A DNA stretch of 64,000 nt, taken from contig CAVPLT010000002.1 in NCBI GenBank assembly GCA_963706325.1, forward strand, positions 160,001-224,000. The letters run 5' to 3'. The notes below the pieces were generated by a model. That model had not been told where the DNA came from. It saw only the letters and a list, made by a program, of their open reading frames with translations, and searched no databases. Made by a program: the position numbers and the translations under genes. Below, piece by piece: positions 9,965 to 20,882 of the stretch. Positions within the stretch are counted from its first letter, which is position 1, and the number at the start of each line of letters is the position of its first letter. The DNA comes from an uncultured Nitrospiraceae bacterium. GTDB lineage: Bacteria; Nitrospirota; Nitrospiria; Nitrospirales; Nitrospiraceae.

Positions 9965-11431
9965 TCACTCTGCTGACGAAAGCATTTCCCACCTGCGGAA
10001 AGTGTAGCGATAGGTTGCAACGGCGATGGCGAGCGCGACGAGGGTCAGGATCGCCGCGACTGCGAATGTGACCTGCATGCCGGTGGCAACGGCATCGGGA
10101 GGCGCCGCTGTGATGTCGACCGTCGACGATGCGGCCGCGAACACCGCGCCCATGACGGAAGCACCGGTGATGAGCCCGAGATTGCGGGACAGGTTGAGCA
10201 GGCCGGAAATGACGCCCCGCTGCTCCGGGCGAGTATCCGTCATGACGGCGGTGTTGTTGGCTGTCTGGAACAGCGCGTAGCCGACTGTGATGACGATGAG
10301 AGAGGCGGTGTAGCCATAGATTCCGAGCGACGCCGGTATCATGGATAGCATGAAGGCGCCGGCGGCTACTCCGATGAGCCCAAGGACGGTCATGCGTTGG
10401 GGGCCAAGGCGGTCCGCAAGGCGGCCGGCCGGCACACCGGTCAGCGCGGCGAAAAAAGGACCGATCGACAACACAAGTCCGATAAAAGCTGCGTTGAGCC
10501 CGAGCGTACGCGAGAGATAGAACGGCCCGACCACGAGCGTCGCCATCATGACCGTCGAGACGAGTGCGCTCATGGCGAGGCTCCCGCTCAGTACGGGATT
10601 GCGAAACATCGTCAATCTGATTAACGGTGATTCAGCCCTTGTCTCGGCGAACAGGAAGAGGCCGGCTCCGAATAGGGCGGCCGCCAGCAGGGCCATGTTG
10701 CGCGGTCCGAAGCTGCCGCGTCCCACCGTCATGGCGAGCGTATACGCTGCGAGCGTCAGAGTAAGCAGTAACGTACCCGCATAATCGAACCCGGCCTGAT
10801 CAGCCTTCTGCCGTTGACTATCAACGGGGAGGTGTCGATGCGCGAGAAGAAAAATCAGGAAACCCAGCGGCAGGTTGATCAGGAAGATGGCCCGCCAGCC
10901 AAATTCGGAAATCAAAATGCCGCCGAGCGATGGGCCGAGAGCAGTGCCGATCGCAGACATGGTCCCGAGCAACCCCATGGCGCTACCGACTTGTGCTTTG
11001 GGAACCGTCTCACCGACATATGCCATGGTGAGAGCCATCATGATGGCCGCTCCTAGACCCTGCGCCGCCCGGGCGGCAATCAGCAGCCAGAGCGTGTGAG
11101 CGACACCGCACATGACAGAGGCGACCGTAAACAGGAAGACGCCGATCAGGAGCAGCCGTCGGCGACCGGTCATGTCGCCGAGCCGGCCCACGCTGACGAT
11201 CACGGTCGTAATGGCGACGAGATACGCGATGACGACCCACTGGACCTGCTGAAAAGAGGCATTGAACGCCTGTGCCAGCGTCGGTAGGCTCACATTGGCG
11301 ATGCTCGTTCCGATCGAGGACAGCAGCATGGATAACGAAAGGCTGGCGAGTATCCACCGCATCGAAGGTTCCAGATCCGTCCTTCCGGCCTGTGCCACAT
11401 CTCGTCCTGCCATGATTCGTTTGAATCTCAT
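9965..11431 (-). CDS. MFS drug-efflux transporter (DHA2/EmrB-like)
   Basis: GRLGDMTGRRRLL motif A, ARAAQGLGAA, GPSLGG; its ATG overlaps the upstream stop (ATGA). Confidence 0.93.
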   Translation of the reverse strand: MRFKRIMAGRDVAQAGRTDLEPSMRWILASLSLSMLLSSIGTSIANVSLPTLAQAFNASFQQVQWVVIAYLVAITTVIVSVGRLGDMTGRRRLLLIGVFLFTVASVMCGVAHTLWLLIAARAAQGLGAAIMMALTMAYVGETVPKAQVGSAMGLLGTMSAIGTALGPSLGGILISEFGWRAIFLINLPLGFLIFLLAHRHLPVDSQRQKADQAGFDYAGTLLLTLTLAAYTLAMTVGRGSFGPRNMALLAAALFGAGLFLFAETRAESPLIRLTMFRNPVLSGSLAMSALVSTVMMATLVVGPFYLSRTLGLNAAFIGLVLSIGPFFAALTGVPAGRLADRLGPQRMTVLGLIGVAAGAFMLSMIPASLGIYGYTASLIVITVGYALFQTANNTAVMTDTRPEQRGVISGLLNLSRNLGLITGASVMGAVFAAASSTVDITAAPPDAVATGMQVTFAVAAILTLVALAIAVATYRYTFRRWEMLSSAE

Positions 11432-12069
11432 TGGTCCTTTCGCAGCAGCCACACATGTTCGGTCGCCGCACATTTTCCCTTGAGCCCACCGGGCACATCT
11501 GCGCTGGTGAGGAGGCTTAACTGGTATCGATGCGCATAGTGTCGACGGACTTCCTCGGGGCTGACTGAGAAAGGAGGGCCTTCCGCCGCGCGTTGGTCGT
11601 ACTCGTAACAAATGAGCAACTGCGGCGCGTGATCCGTTATGTCCGTGACATGCGCCGCGTAGCGACTGCGAATGGTCTCCGGAAGAGCTACCAGCGCGGC
11701 CCTGTCATACATCGCATCAACCTGACCCAGCATCGTTCTCGTCACATCGAAGATATCGCCGACGAAGATGTCGATGTTGTTCGCATGGTAGTGGTCCATT
11801 CCACCGCTCTTCTCGATCGTGGGTGTTATCCCGAGTTCCGCGAACAGTTGGTCAATGGCGATTGAGCTCAATTCAGCTCCGGCAACCAGGTAGCCGTTGG
11901 ACAGCAGCCACGGTATATCCAGCGTTTTCCCGCACAAGGGCACAAAGACCCGGCTGCCTTTCGCCAGAGCCAGTTCTTTGAAATACTTCACCAGCAGCGG
12001 GTTGGCTTCACCCTTGTGAAACCCGATCTCATTGCTCGCCCACCTGTCATGCCAAAATTGTGTATCCAT
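11428..12069 (-). CDS. tpm: Thiopurine S-methyltransferase
   Basis: MDTQFWHDRW..IGFH, RVFVPLCGKTLD, YDRAALVALP, GPPFSV. Confidence 0.92.
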   Translation of the reverse strand: MDTQFWHDRWASNEIGFHKGEANPLLVKYFKELALAKGSRVFVPLCGKTLDIPWLLSNGYLVAGAELSSIAIDQLFAELGITPTIEKSGGMDHYHANNIDIFVGDIFDVTRTMLGQVDAMYDRAALVALPETIRSRYAAHVTDITDHAPQLLICYEYDQRAAEGPPFSVSPEEVRRHYAHRYQLSLLTSADVPGGLKGKCAATEHVWLLRKDQ

Positions 12070-12236
12070 AATCAGCGACCTCTCTGTGAAGTGACTCGCA
12101 CACTTCTGTTCCAACGAATCACGCCTCGAATGGTTGTGAGTATAGCCTTCTGAATGACATGGCGGAAGGCGCATCATCTGCACTTTATTCGTGCGCGAGA
12201 CGCCACATCCAGATCAAGCTGTGATATGGTCGGCGC

Positions 12237-13133
12237 ATGCCCAAACCAGATCTCAATCTGCTGCTCACCCTGGATGTCTTACTAACGGAAGGTAGTGTGG
12301 CTCGCGCCGCCAGACGTCTGCGGCTAAGCCCCTCGGCGATGAGCAGGGCGTTGACGAGACTGCGTACGACGACGGGAGACCCACTTTTGGTGAGGGCCGG
12401 CCGCGGTCTCGTACCCACCCCCCGGGCGGTCGAACTTCGCGAGCGGGTCAGTCAGGTCGTGCAGGAGGGGCAAGCGGTGCTGCGCCCTGCGGAGAAGCTC
12501 GATCTTACACAACTGGTCCGAACGTTCACACTACGGACCAGCGAAGGCTTCGTGGAAAACTTCGGGGCCTATCTCATTGCGCATGTCGGCGCGGAAGCTC
12601 CCGGCGTGCGACTGCACTTCCTGCAGAAGGCCAATAAGGACAGCGCGCCACTTCGCGACGGTGCTGTCGATCTCGAAACCGGTGTGGTCGAGAAGACGAC
12701 TGCGCAGGAGTTGCGTGTTCAAGCATTGTTCCGGGACCGTCTCATCGGCGTCGTGCGAACGGGGCACCCGCTGAGCAAGGGCAAGATCACGCCTTCCCGA
12801 TACGCCGGGAGCAGGCATATTTGCGTCTCGCGGCAGGGGCTTGAGAAGGGGCCGATCGAGGAAGCATTGCAGAGGCTCGGCTTGGAACGGGAAGTTGTCA
12901 CGATCGTCGGCGGCTTCGCGACGGCGATCGCTCTCGCGAGGGGCTCAGACCTGGTCGCCACAGTTCCCGAACGACATACGGGAATCTTGCGCGCCGGCAT
13001 GCAAAGTTTTTCGCTTCCGGTCTCCACGCCAGAGTTCACGGTGTCGTTGCTCTGGCATCCACGTCTCGATGCCGATCTTGCGCATCGCTGGCTGCGCGGC
13101 CACGTCCGGCAGATCTGCGCGGCGATCCGCTGA
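12237..13133 (+). CDS. LysR family transcriptional regulator, divergent from tpm-MFS
   Basis: DLNLL..LD.LLTEGSVARAARRL.LSPSAMSRAL HTH. Confidence 0.95.
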   Translation: MPKPDLNLLLTLDVLLTEGSVARAARRLRLSPSAMSRALTRLRTTTGDPLLVRAGRGLVPTPRAVELRERVSQVVQEGQAVLRPAEKLDLTQLVRTFTLRTSEGFVENFGAYLIAHVGAEAPGVRLHFLQKANKDSAPLRDGAVDLETGVVEKTTAQELRVQALFRDRLIGVVRTGHPLSKGKITPSRYAGSRHICVSRQGLEKGPIEEALQRLGLEREVVTIVGGFATAIALARGSDLVATVPERHTGILRAGMQSFSLPVSTPEFTVSLLWHPRLDADLAHRWLRGHVRQICAAIR

Positions 13134-13221
13134 CGGGACAGGCTCCTGCCGTCAGCGGATGACGCGGTAGACAGAGGGATCGTCACCAAAGAGGGGATAG
13201 CAAGGCGTCAATCTGCCGCGA

Positions 13222-13911
13222 TTACGAATTGTCTTTTTCCATGGAGTCAATGAACGAATCCGCTTCTTGAATGGACGCATTTAGGTCCTTGATCAGGGAT
13301 TGGATGTTCCCTTCCACCGTGACCAATTCGCTCTTGAGTGAGGCAATGGCCTGCGCGTTCAAGTTATGCTTCAAGAACAGCACATGGTCTTTGAGCTTCG
13401 CCAGGACCGGGTCCATTTTCCCCTCCGCCCGTTTCATGGCTTTGATCAATTGGGCATACTGACTGCGCGTTTGGGTGAGCTGCTTCTGGCTTTTCTGGCG
13501 CAATGCCGCGCTGGAGTATTGCTTGAGTTCAGCCGTCCATTCCTCAAATAACGCATCCGACACATTTTCAACCGACGCAATGCGATCCCGCACGGCTTGG
13601 GCTCTCTTTTCACTCTGCAGATATTCTTCGTTCAGCACATCGTACTTGTCCTGTAATTCTCCGCCCTGAACATTCAAGGTCTTGGTGAAGCGATCAAGGG
13701 CCGACTTGAACTGCTCTTTGGCGTCCTGTTGGGCGTCACGGGCTTTTTTGACATCGCTCACCATCAGGTCGCGCTTGTGGTACCCCAGTTTTTCCATCGT
13801 TTCATAATAGGCTGTCTGGCAGCCGGACCCAGTGAGGCTGATCAGGACGAGTCCGCAACTCAGCGCGAGCGGTAAGAGCCTGTGAAAACAGAGGGGGTGC
13901 CGAACGTTCAT
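13222..13911 (-). CDS. DUF2959 family lipoprotein
   Basis: GCQTAYYETMEKLGYHKRD, LFLKHNLNAQAIASL. Confidence 0.88.
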   Translation of the reverse strand: MNVRHPLCFHRLLPLALSCGLVLISLTGSGCQTAYYETMEKLGYHKRDLMVSDVKKARDAQQDAKEQFKSALDRFTKTLNVQGGELQDKYDVLNEEYLQSEKRAQAVRDRIASVENVSDALFEEWTAELKQYSSAALRQKSQKQLTQTRSQYAQLIKAMKRAEGKMDPVLAKLKDHVLFLKHNLNAQAIASLKSELVTVEGNIQSLIKDLNASIQEADSFIDSMEKDNS

Positions 13912-14295
13912 GATGCCATCCTTGTCCAGAGCTTTATCCGCCGGACGGTAAGCCGGGAACCGAGTGCGACTGCCGGCGTATGTAATGATCGTTAAAGTGA
14001 ATCCATCGTTTGAGATCGATGGTGTGTCAGCTGATACTCTACCAGACCGATCACGCATCTGCTATTCGGTTCAGCTAGCTCCCAGATCAGCTAGGCGCAC
14101 CTGCGCTCTCCGTTATTCGTCGCATGCCGCGTCGTGATGGATCGCGCGACCATCGGTTTTTTCTTGAGGGAACACCAATCCCAAGTCTGAAACGTAGACA
14201 TAGGAGAATGAATCCTGGCATCCTTCGGCGGTCAGGTCTATTGCCTGATCTCGCGTCCGTGCTGGATGCGTTTCCAGAGAAAAGGAGTCAAGAAT

Positions 14296-14742
14296 ATGTC
14301 GAGCAATACTGTCCGTCTTCATCGCGTACTTCGCGCAACACCAGAACGCGTTTACCGGGCGTTCCTTGATGCGGATGCTATGGCCAAATGGCTGCCGCCG
14401 AACGGATTCACCGGCAAAGTGCACCAGATGGACCCCAAGGTGGGCGGCACCTACAAGATGTCGTTCACGAACTTCACTTCCGGCAAGAGCATTTCGTTCG
14501 GAGGAAAATATCTTGAGCTGGTGCCGTACGAACGCCTGCGTTACACGGATATATTCGACGACCCGAATCTCCCCGGAGAAATCCAGGTGACAATCACGTT
14601 GAAGAAAGTGTCTTGCGGGACGGAGATGACGGCTGTGCAGGAAGGTATCCCTGACGTGATTCCCGTTGAATCCTGTTATCTGGGCTGGCAGGAATCGCTG
14701 ATCCTTCTCGCGAAACTCGTCGAAGCGGAGATTCCTGATTAG
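14296..14742 (+). CDS. SRPBCC/AHSA1-like protein
   Basis: RLHRVLRATPERVYRAFLD...WLPPNGF...CYLGWQESL; AAGGAG SD. Confidence 0.92.
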   Translation: MSSNTVRLHRVLRATPERVYRAFLDADAMAKWLPPNGFTGKVHQMDPKVGGTYKMSFTNFTSGKSISFGGKYLELVPYERLRYTDIFDDPNLPGEIQVTITLKKVSCGTEMTAVQEGIPDVIPVESCYLGWQESLILLAKLVEAEIPD

Positions 14743-15317
14743 AACCGGTTGTGGCAGGTGAGGCATGTTCCGGCGTGAGGCTCGGACATGCCTGCATTGC
14801 GTATCGTTGCCCCAGAGTGGATCTCTGCCTAGCGGCTGAGCCACAGGATTTTTCGCAACATGATGCCCGTCATTGAGCGCTATGCAAGACTTCCCTGCGG
14901 TACTGGGTAACTGATGGCCATCGGTCAGCCTCGTTCCACATGCCACACAGCGCAGTCCTTTTTCATGCGCCGTCCCCCCTATCACAGGCTTTTGCCACAT
15001 GTGAGGCAATTGATCACGGCGAAGACAACATCTCAATTCAATTTTGGTGGACGTGTAACTCACACGCGAGGATGTGGCCCCAGCTGCTAGGGACCATAGA
15101 AAACAGGTCCCCATTCGGAAGTGGAGCTGGTCACGACTTCCCCCTGTAGCTGTCAAATGTCCCTCGACCAGGGCTTTGCCCAGTCACAATCGAGGCGGCT
15201 CCTCTCTATCCTCAGCAACAGGGAACGATATCTACGCGTGGGCCTTCAATCCCTCCGGCCTTCACGCTCCTAACAGCTATCCTCCACTCGAAACCTTCTA
15301 CTTATTCAAGGAGCCAT

Positions 15318-16292
15318 ATGGAAATCACAAGAACAGTAGGTGAATGGAATATCGGCGAGTCGCGCATACGATGGAGTGCCGTGTTCGCCGGATTCGTCGT
15401 CGGCGTCTCGGTACAGATGGTCTTGACTCTGTTGGGGCTGGCCATCGGCGCCTGGTCAGTGGACTTGCATGAATCGCAACCGGCGCAGGGAATTCCTCTT
15501 GGTACAGGTATCTGGACAGCTTTGTCGATGTTGATCTCCGCCTTCGCGGGAGGTTTTGTCACGGCGCATCTTTCAGGGGCCCCTCTGCGTTCGGACGGAA
15601 TGTACCACGCAGCGGTCGTGTGGGGTGTGACGTGGCTGCTCTTTACGTGGCTCACCACGACAGCCATGGCGACGGTGATCGGCGGATTATTCAGCGCATT
15701 CGGGTCGGGCCTTCAGTCAGTCGGCCAAGCAGCCGGGCAAGGGATCAGCACAGCTGTATCTAAGGTAGCGGACAAAACTGAGGCGAATACCAACATCACT
15801 TCTGAAGGACTGAAAAAACAAATCGAATCCATTTTGCAGGCGACACAGAAACAGGAGTTGCAGCCTGGCGAGGTGAAGAAAGACGCGGGAAAGGTCACGG
15901 ATCAGGCACAGGGCGGCAAGCCCCTCAGTCAGGTGACTGATGCGGGAGTGACTGAGCTGAAAGAAAAGCTGTCCGCGCTGGACAAGGATGCCGCGATCAA
16001 TGTCATGGTCACTAAGTTCGGTATGTCCAAGACGCAGGCGCAGGAGGTCGTGCAATCTTCTATCGGCATGATTGAGCCGTTGAAGGAAAAGGCACAGGAC
16101 GTAAAAGAAAAGTCTGTGGCAATGGCGGATACGACCATAAAGAACTTGGCCTCCGCAGCCTGGTGGATGTTTGTGTTGGCTATGCTCTCTCTCGGCGCCA
16201 CGCTCGGCGGCGGTGCATTGGGCATTTCCCAAGAATCCAGGATGGTAATCGAAGGGCGACCAGGTCTGAGACCGGCCCACGCGGGCGTGTAG
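15318..16292 (+). CDS. Hypothetical membrane protein (RIRWSAVFAG-type, stress-associated family)
   Basis: 324 aa, several TM helices, AAGGAG SD. Confidence 0.8.
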   Translation: MEITRTVGEWNIGESRIRWSAVFAGFVVGVSVQMVLTLLGLAIGAWSVDLHESQPAQGIPLGTGIWTALSMLISAFAGGFVTAHLSGAPLRSDGMYHAAVVWGVTWLLFTWLTTTAMATVIGGLFSAFGSGLQSVGQAAGQGISTAVSKVADKTEANTNITSEGLKKQIESILQATQKQELQPGEVKKDAGKVTDQAQGGKPLSQVTDAGVTELKEKLSALDKDAAINVMVTKFGMSKTQAQEVVQSSIGMIEPLKEKAQDVKEKSVAMADTTIKNLASAAWWMFVLAMLSLGATLGGGALGISQESRMVIEGRPGLRPAHAGV

Positions 16293-16880
16293 GGCGGACG
16301 GATCGATGGAATGAGGGGCGGGGAGGGACCTATATCCTCCCCGCTTGTTCATTATAAATTGATGGAGGTGTAATAGCCGACCTGCCAGGCCTTCAAACTG
16401 CTTCTGAGTCTAGCCAGGCGCAGAGTTCAGAAACGACCAGCACTTTGCCTTCTGAGAATAAGAACCGCCGCAGTCCTCCTTCGTTAAGCCACGCGCATCC
16501 CCTCCGGTGGATCGAACAAATATCCCGTCACAAACCCGCTCTGCCAGATGAAAATACTTCGTCCAATACTTGGTCCTTGGCCAGCCTCGTTGGCGATGCC
16601 CGGCTCATCGCATACAGCGCGTATTTCACCGCCAAGGCCTCCTCATGCCCGCGGCCGCACCGGCGCCGGAGCGCGTCAAGTCTGACGCCGGAAGTACTGC
16701 TTCGTCGCTGGCGCCGGAACCTTTAGCGCTCCTGAGCCTCCGTTTGACACAGTCATCCGCGTCCATGGGCGCCGAATCCCCTCGCTCAGCGGTATCAGCT
16801 TTGTGAAAGTTCAAGATGGAGATGCTTCGATGGGACCTGGTGGACCCTGGTTTCAGGCGGAAGAGGGCTGAGGACTAAGG

Positions 16881-17907
16881 TTATTTAGATGGGATGGTTT
16901 TCAGCGGAGCGGCCGTGGAGTCACGATTGATTGAGGGCTCTTTGGCCGATTTGGCCTGAGTGCGGAAACGGGCAGGGGGGAGGCCGAAACAACGTTTGAA
17001 GGCGCGATTGAATGAGGGCTCGGACTCATACCCGATGTCGCCGGCGACCTCGGCCACGCTCTTGGACGTGGACGTTAAGAGTCGTGCGGCAAGCTGCAGC
17101 CGCCAGCGGGTGAGGTAGCCGATCGGGGTGTCCGACAGATAGTGCTGGAACCGTTCGGCGAGCACGGAGCGGGAGATCCCCACCTCGGCGGCGAGCGCGG
17201 CGATGGTCCAGGGCCGAGCCGGCTCTCGATGCAGGCGCGCCAGCGCTTTGCCCACTTCCGGATCGCGAACCCCGGCAAGCCATCCTGTCTGACTAGGCGG
17301 TAACTGCGCAACGTAGTGTCGCAACGTTTCCACGAACAACGCTTCGGATAACTTGGCGATGACCGCGGCGCTGCCGGGGCCGGAGCTCTCCGCGTGAGCG
17401 ACGGAATAGCGGAGCGTGTCTTCCAGCCACTGTCCCGACGGCGTATCGCGGATATTGACCTTGAGCATCGCAGGCAGCCCGGCCAGGAAGACCCCGCTGA
17501 GTTGCGCGTCGCAGGTCATATACCCGCAGATCAGCCTCGTGAGTTCACCTCCCCCGCCGAGCTGGGACAGCACGCGTCCTTCCGCAAGGATCTGTCGGAG
17601 TTGCTGGGAGGTGTCCACCGGTGTGACGGGAGGGCCGTTTCCCATGAGGTGTGCATCCCCATGCGGGAGAATCATGATGTCGCCGGCCGTCAGCGGCACG
17701 GTGCGGTCTTCCTGTTCGAGGCGAGCATAGCCCCGTCCTTCGAGAACCAAATGAAAGATGATGATGTGCTTGGCTTGCGTCGACAGGTACGACGCCATGG
17801 TCCCGGCGTCTGGTTCTCGAGACACACCAGGGCGCGGCAAATTCACCGTTGAAGAACACCGCGCCGTCGAGTTTTACGGCCTTCAGCACTTCAGACAGCA
17901 CGTCCAT
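16881..17907 (-). pseudogene. AraC family regulator with cupin_6 domain (RclR-like), frameshift at ~17818-17828
   Basis: MDVLSEVLKAVKLDGAVFFNGEFAAPWC in one frame; REPDAG...PWTIAALA...GYESEPSFNRAFKR in another. Confidence 0.85.
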
Positions 17908-17950
17908 GACATTTCCCTCGGCGAGAGCGGAAGGTCCGCAAAGAATTCCG

Positions 17951-18030
17951 GACGCTCGGATAAGCGGCCTGCAGCTTAACATTCTCCTGATAAGAGAGCC
18001 AGACGCGCTGATAAGACTCGAAACGCCCTC
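17951..18030. promoter_or_regulatory. Direct repeats, putative AraC operator between the divergent araC and methyltransferase genes
   Basis: TGATAAGA at 17988 and 18009 (21-bp period); GACGC-N3-GATAAG at 17951 and 18002. Confidence 0.5.
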
Positions 18031-18102
18031 TGTCCTATAGTGCGGCCAGACAGGACGCAGCACAAGGTACCAGGACTAGAGACCACACAGCGGAGGGAGA
18101 CC

Positions 18103-18924
18103 ATGACGACGAACACGGTAGTGCAGGAAATGGATGGCTTGAAGACGCGTCTCAATACCATTTGGGCGGCAGGGGACTACGATCGTTTCTCGCGGTACAT
18201 GGAAGGCGGCGCGCGGGAGTTTTATGAGCGACTCCAGCTCGCGCCGGGATGCCGGCTGTTGGACGTGGGATGCGGCTCCGGTCAACTCGCGTTGATCGCG
18301 GCGAAGGACGGCCTGGAGGTGACGGGAGTGGACATCGCCGCCAACTGGGTCGAGCGGGCGCAAGCCCGAGCCCGCGCGGAAGGGGTGCCTGCTCGATTCG
18401 AAGTGGCCGATGCCGAAGCGCTTCCGTTCGAAGCAGCCAGCTTTGATGCCGTGGCGAGTCTGATCGGCGCGATGTTTGCGCCGCGTCCTGATCTGGTGGC
18501 GAAGGAACTGTTGCGGGTGTGCACACCCGGAGGAACCCTCGCCATGGCCAACTGGACGGCGGAGGGATTTGTCGGACAGATGTTCAAGAACGTCGCAAAA
18601 TTCATTGGCCCGTCCGGGATGCCGTCGCCCGTCTTGTGGGGAGACGAAGGCACAGTTCGAGAACGTCTGGGTCACGGACTGTCCACGCTCAGCTTGACCA
18701 AGCGGCAGTACCTCTTCAGCTATCCTTTTGGGCCCTCGGAGGTTGTGGAATTCTTTCGTCTCTACTACGGCCCGACCAACCAGGCATTTGCGTCTCTCGA
18801 CGCCGAGGGGCAAGCGGATTTGCGCAAGGATCTGGAGGCGCTCTGGACTGCCCACAATCAGGCAGGGCCGGATTGCACGACGGTGTACGGCGAATATCTG
18901 GAAGTCATCGGTATTCGGGCATAA
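18103..18924 (+). CDS. Class I SAM-dependent methyltransferase
   Basis: LLDVGCGSG, ADAEALPF, GAMFAPRP. Confidence 0.92.
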   Translation: MTTNTVVQEMDGLKTRLNTIWAAGDYDRFSRYMEGGAREFYERLQLAPGCRLLDVGCGSGQLALIAAKDGLEVTGVDIAANWVERAQARARAEGVPARFEVADAEALPFEAASFDAVASLIGAMFAPRPDLVAKELLRVCTPGGTLAMANWTAEGFVGQMFKNVAKFIGPSGMPSPVLWGDEGTVRERLGHGLSTLSLTKRQYLFSYPFGPSEVVEFFRLYYGPTNQAFASLDAEGQADLRKDLEALWTAHNQAGPDCTTVYGEYLEVIGIRA

Positions 18925-18956
18925 GACACGCATCACTCATACAAAGGAGACTCACC

Positions 18957-19301
18957 ATGGCGACCGCAATCACAACCGAGACGGACCAAAAGACGAGCCT
19001 GTATGACATCACGAATCTGGACAAGATGAAGACTCTAGGAACACATGCTCCCGAAGCGATGAAGGCGTTCGTGGCTTTCGATAAGGCCGCGCTGGCGGGC
19101 GGGGCGATTCCGGTGAAGTACAAGGAGTTGATGGCCTTGGCCGTGGCCTTCACGACGCAATGTCCCTACTGCATCGAACTGCATGCGAATAAGGCCAGAG
19201 AGCAGGGAGCGTCGGATCCGGAGATCGCTGAATCGGTGCTCGTGGCAGCGGCCTTGCGGGCCGGCGGGGCAATCACGCACGGCACCCACGCGATGAAGTA
19301 A
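18957..19301 (+). CDS. Carboxymuconolactone decarboxylase/AhpD family protein
   Basis: KYKELMALAVA.TTQCPYCIELH. Confidence 0.92.
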   Translation: MATAITTETDQKTSLYDITNLDKMKTLGTHAPEAMKAFVAFDKAALAGGAIPVKYKELMALAVAFTTQCPYCIELHANKAREQGASDPEIAESVLVAAALRAGGAITHGTHAMK

Positions 19302-19439
19302 ATATGACGGGGCCGGCGGGCCGACATGGTCGGCCCGCCATGCATCTGACAAGGTCCATGACGCTGACACCGATGCCGGAGGCTCTACCCTCGGTAAAGA
19401 CACAGTGAATCCGTTTTCACAATCGAAGAGGAGACCACC

Positions 19440-20615
19440 ATGAACCTATATAAACTGTTTGCGTTGACCCTGGGGTTGTTGCTCGCATGCTCCAATTTGG
19501 CATCGGCGGAAATCCTGGCCTTGCTCAATTATGAGAGCAAGCCGGACCAGCTGGTGCGGCGCGAGGGGATTGCGATCATGGACATCGACCCCGAGTCCGG
19601 GAACTTCGGGAAGATTCTGATGGAGATTCCACTGCCGCCCGATCTCGTGGCGCACCATATTTTCTTCAATCGGGATCGGAGCAAAGCCTATATCACGGCA
19701 TTGGGGAAAAGCATTCTGCACGTGGTGAATCTGAGGGCGTTTCCCTACCGGCTTCAGGCGATCGATGTGCCGGATTGTCAGATGGGGGAGGATCTTGCCG
19801 TGTCGGAGGATAATCGAACCTGGTACCTGACCTGCATGGGCTCGAACAACGTCATCATGGGGGATGCGCTCCTCGATAAACCGATCAAAACGATCAGCGC
19901 CGTGAAGCCAGCACTGGCGACGATTCAGTATCCGCACGGCATTGCGATTCACAATGGCATCGACCGCGTCTTGGTGACCAGTACGGTCAAGCCGGATATG
20001 TCCGATGCGGGAGAGTCGATCACCGTGCTAGAGGCCGCCAGCGGCAGAGTGCTCTCGACGCACAAGGTCTCATCGAAACCCTCTCCGGCGAAATCGGCTC
20101 CCGTTGAAGTCATGTTCAGTCCCAACTCGAATCCTCCCGCGGTGCATATCACCAACATGCTCGAAGGAACGTTGTGGGCAGGCATATGGGATCCGTCCAG
20201 CAAGGGATTTTCGTTCCATCAGGTTGATGACTTTGGCTCACGGCAGCAGGGCATGCCGCTCGAAATGCTCTATAACGCCAAGGGGGACCGCCTGTTCGTC
20301 ACCACGGCCAAACCGGGGTTCGTCAATCTGTACGACAACAGCGATCCCCGGCAACCGAAGTTTCTCAAGACGATCGCCGCAGCGGCCGGCGCGCACCATA
20401 GCGTGCTGTCGCCTGACGAGCGATACCTGTTCGTCCAGAACAGCTTCCTCAATCTGGAAGGCATGAGCGATGGTTCCATCACGGTGATCGACCTGAAGGC
20501 GGACAAAGTTTTGGGGAGCATTGACACGCTGAAGGCGCAGGGGTTCAATCCCAACTGCATCATGCTGCTGCCGATTCAGCCAGGCGACTTGCGGGCAAGC
20601 CGGGCCATCGAGTGA
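19440..20615 (+). CDS. Exported YncE-like beta-propeller protein
   Basis: Signal peptide; repeated beta-strand units (YPHGIAI, GAHHSVLSPDERYLFV). Confidence 0.8.
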   Translation: MNLYKLFALTLGLLLACSNLASAEILALLNYESKPDQLVRREGIAIMDIDPESGNFGKILMEIPLPPDLVAHHIFFNRDRSKAYITALGKSILHVVNLRAFPYRLQAIDVPDCQMGEDLAVSEDNRTWYLTCMGSNNVIMGDALLDKPIKTISAVKPALATIQYPHGIAIHNGIDRVLVTSTVKPDMSDAGESITVLEAASGRVLSTHKVSSKPSPAKSAPVEVMFSPNSNPPAVHITNMLEGTLWAGIWDPSSKGFSFHQVDDFGSRQQGMPLEMLYNAKGDRLFVTTAKPGFVNLYDNSDPRQPKFLKTIAAAAGAHHSVLSPDERYLFVQNSFLNLEGMSDGSITVIDLKADKVLGSIDTLKAQGFNPNCIMLLPIQPGDLRASRAIE

Positions 20616-20724
20616 GCCGACGGAGAACGGTCTGATGAAAGAAAGCCCGACGAGTACGGCGGGGGCCCTGTCTCCGTCGTACTTGCCGCATGCCAGTAGG
20701 GTGACGAAGGATGGGATGCTTCAC

Positions 20725-20805
20725 TTTAATGTCCATCGAGCCACGCATGGTGACGGTCACGATGGTGTTTTGCTGCAGATCCAGTTTGTTGGGGAGATTT
20801 CCTGT
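20725..20805 (-). pseudogene. 81-bp diverged fragment of a pyruvate kinase gene
   Basis: Ungapped 61/81 nt match to pyk 5448-5528; TGNLPNKLDLQQNTIVTVTMRGSMDIK vs TGDLSNELDLRQGDIVSVTTRGPMDVE. Confidence 0.75.
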
Positions 20806-20882
20806 GGAGCAGTGGGGCGAGCGGAGGTGTCTGAATGAGATCACCAAGAGTCGTGAATGATTGCCCATGGGCGAAAGGCCGA

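Noticed and set aside
14113..15156. 347-aa minus-strand ORF
   Set aside because: It overlaps the clear SRPBCC gene on the opposite strand and has no protein-like motifs.
16390..16800. Possible degraded minus-strand gene
   Set aside because: Some stretches look protein-like across frames, but I cannot assign a family or boundaries.
20725..20805. DGR template/variable repeat pair with pyk
   Set aside because: Many differences give A in the fragment, but C>T and other changes also occur. There is no reverse transcriptase, and a mid-gene pyk target is implausible. GC>AT decay explains the pattern.
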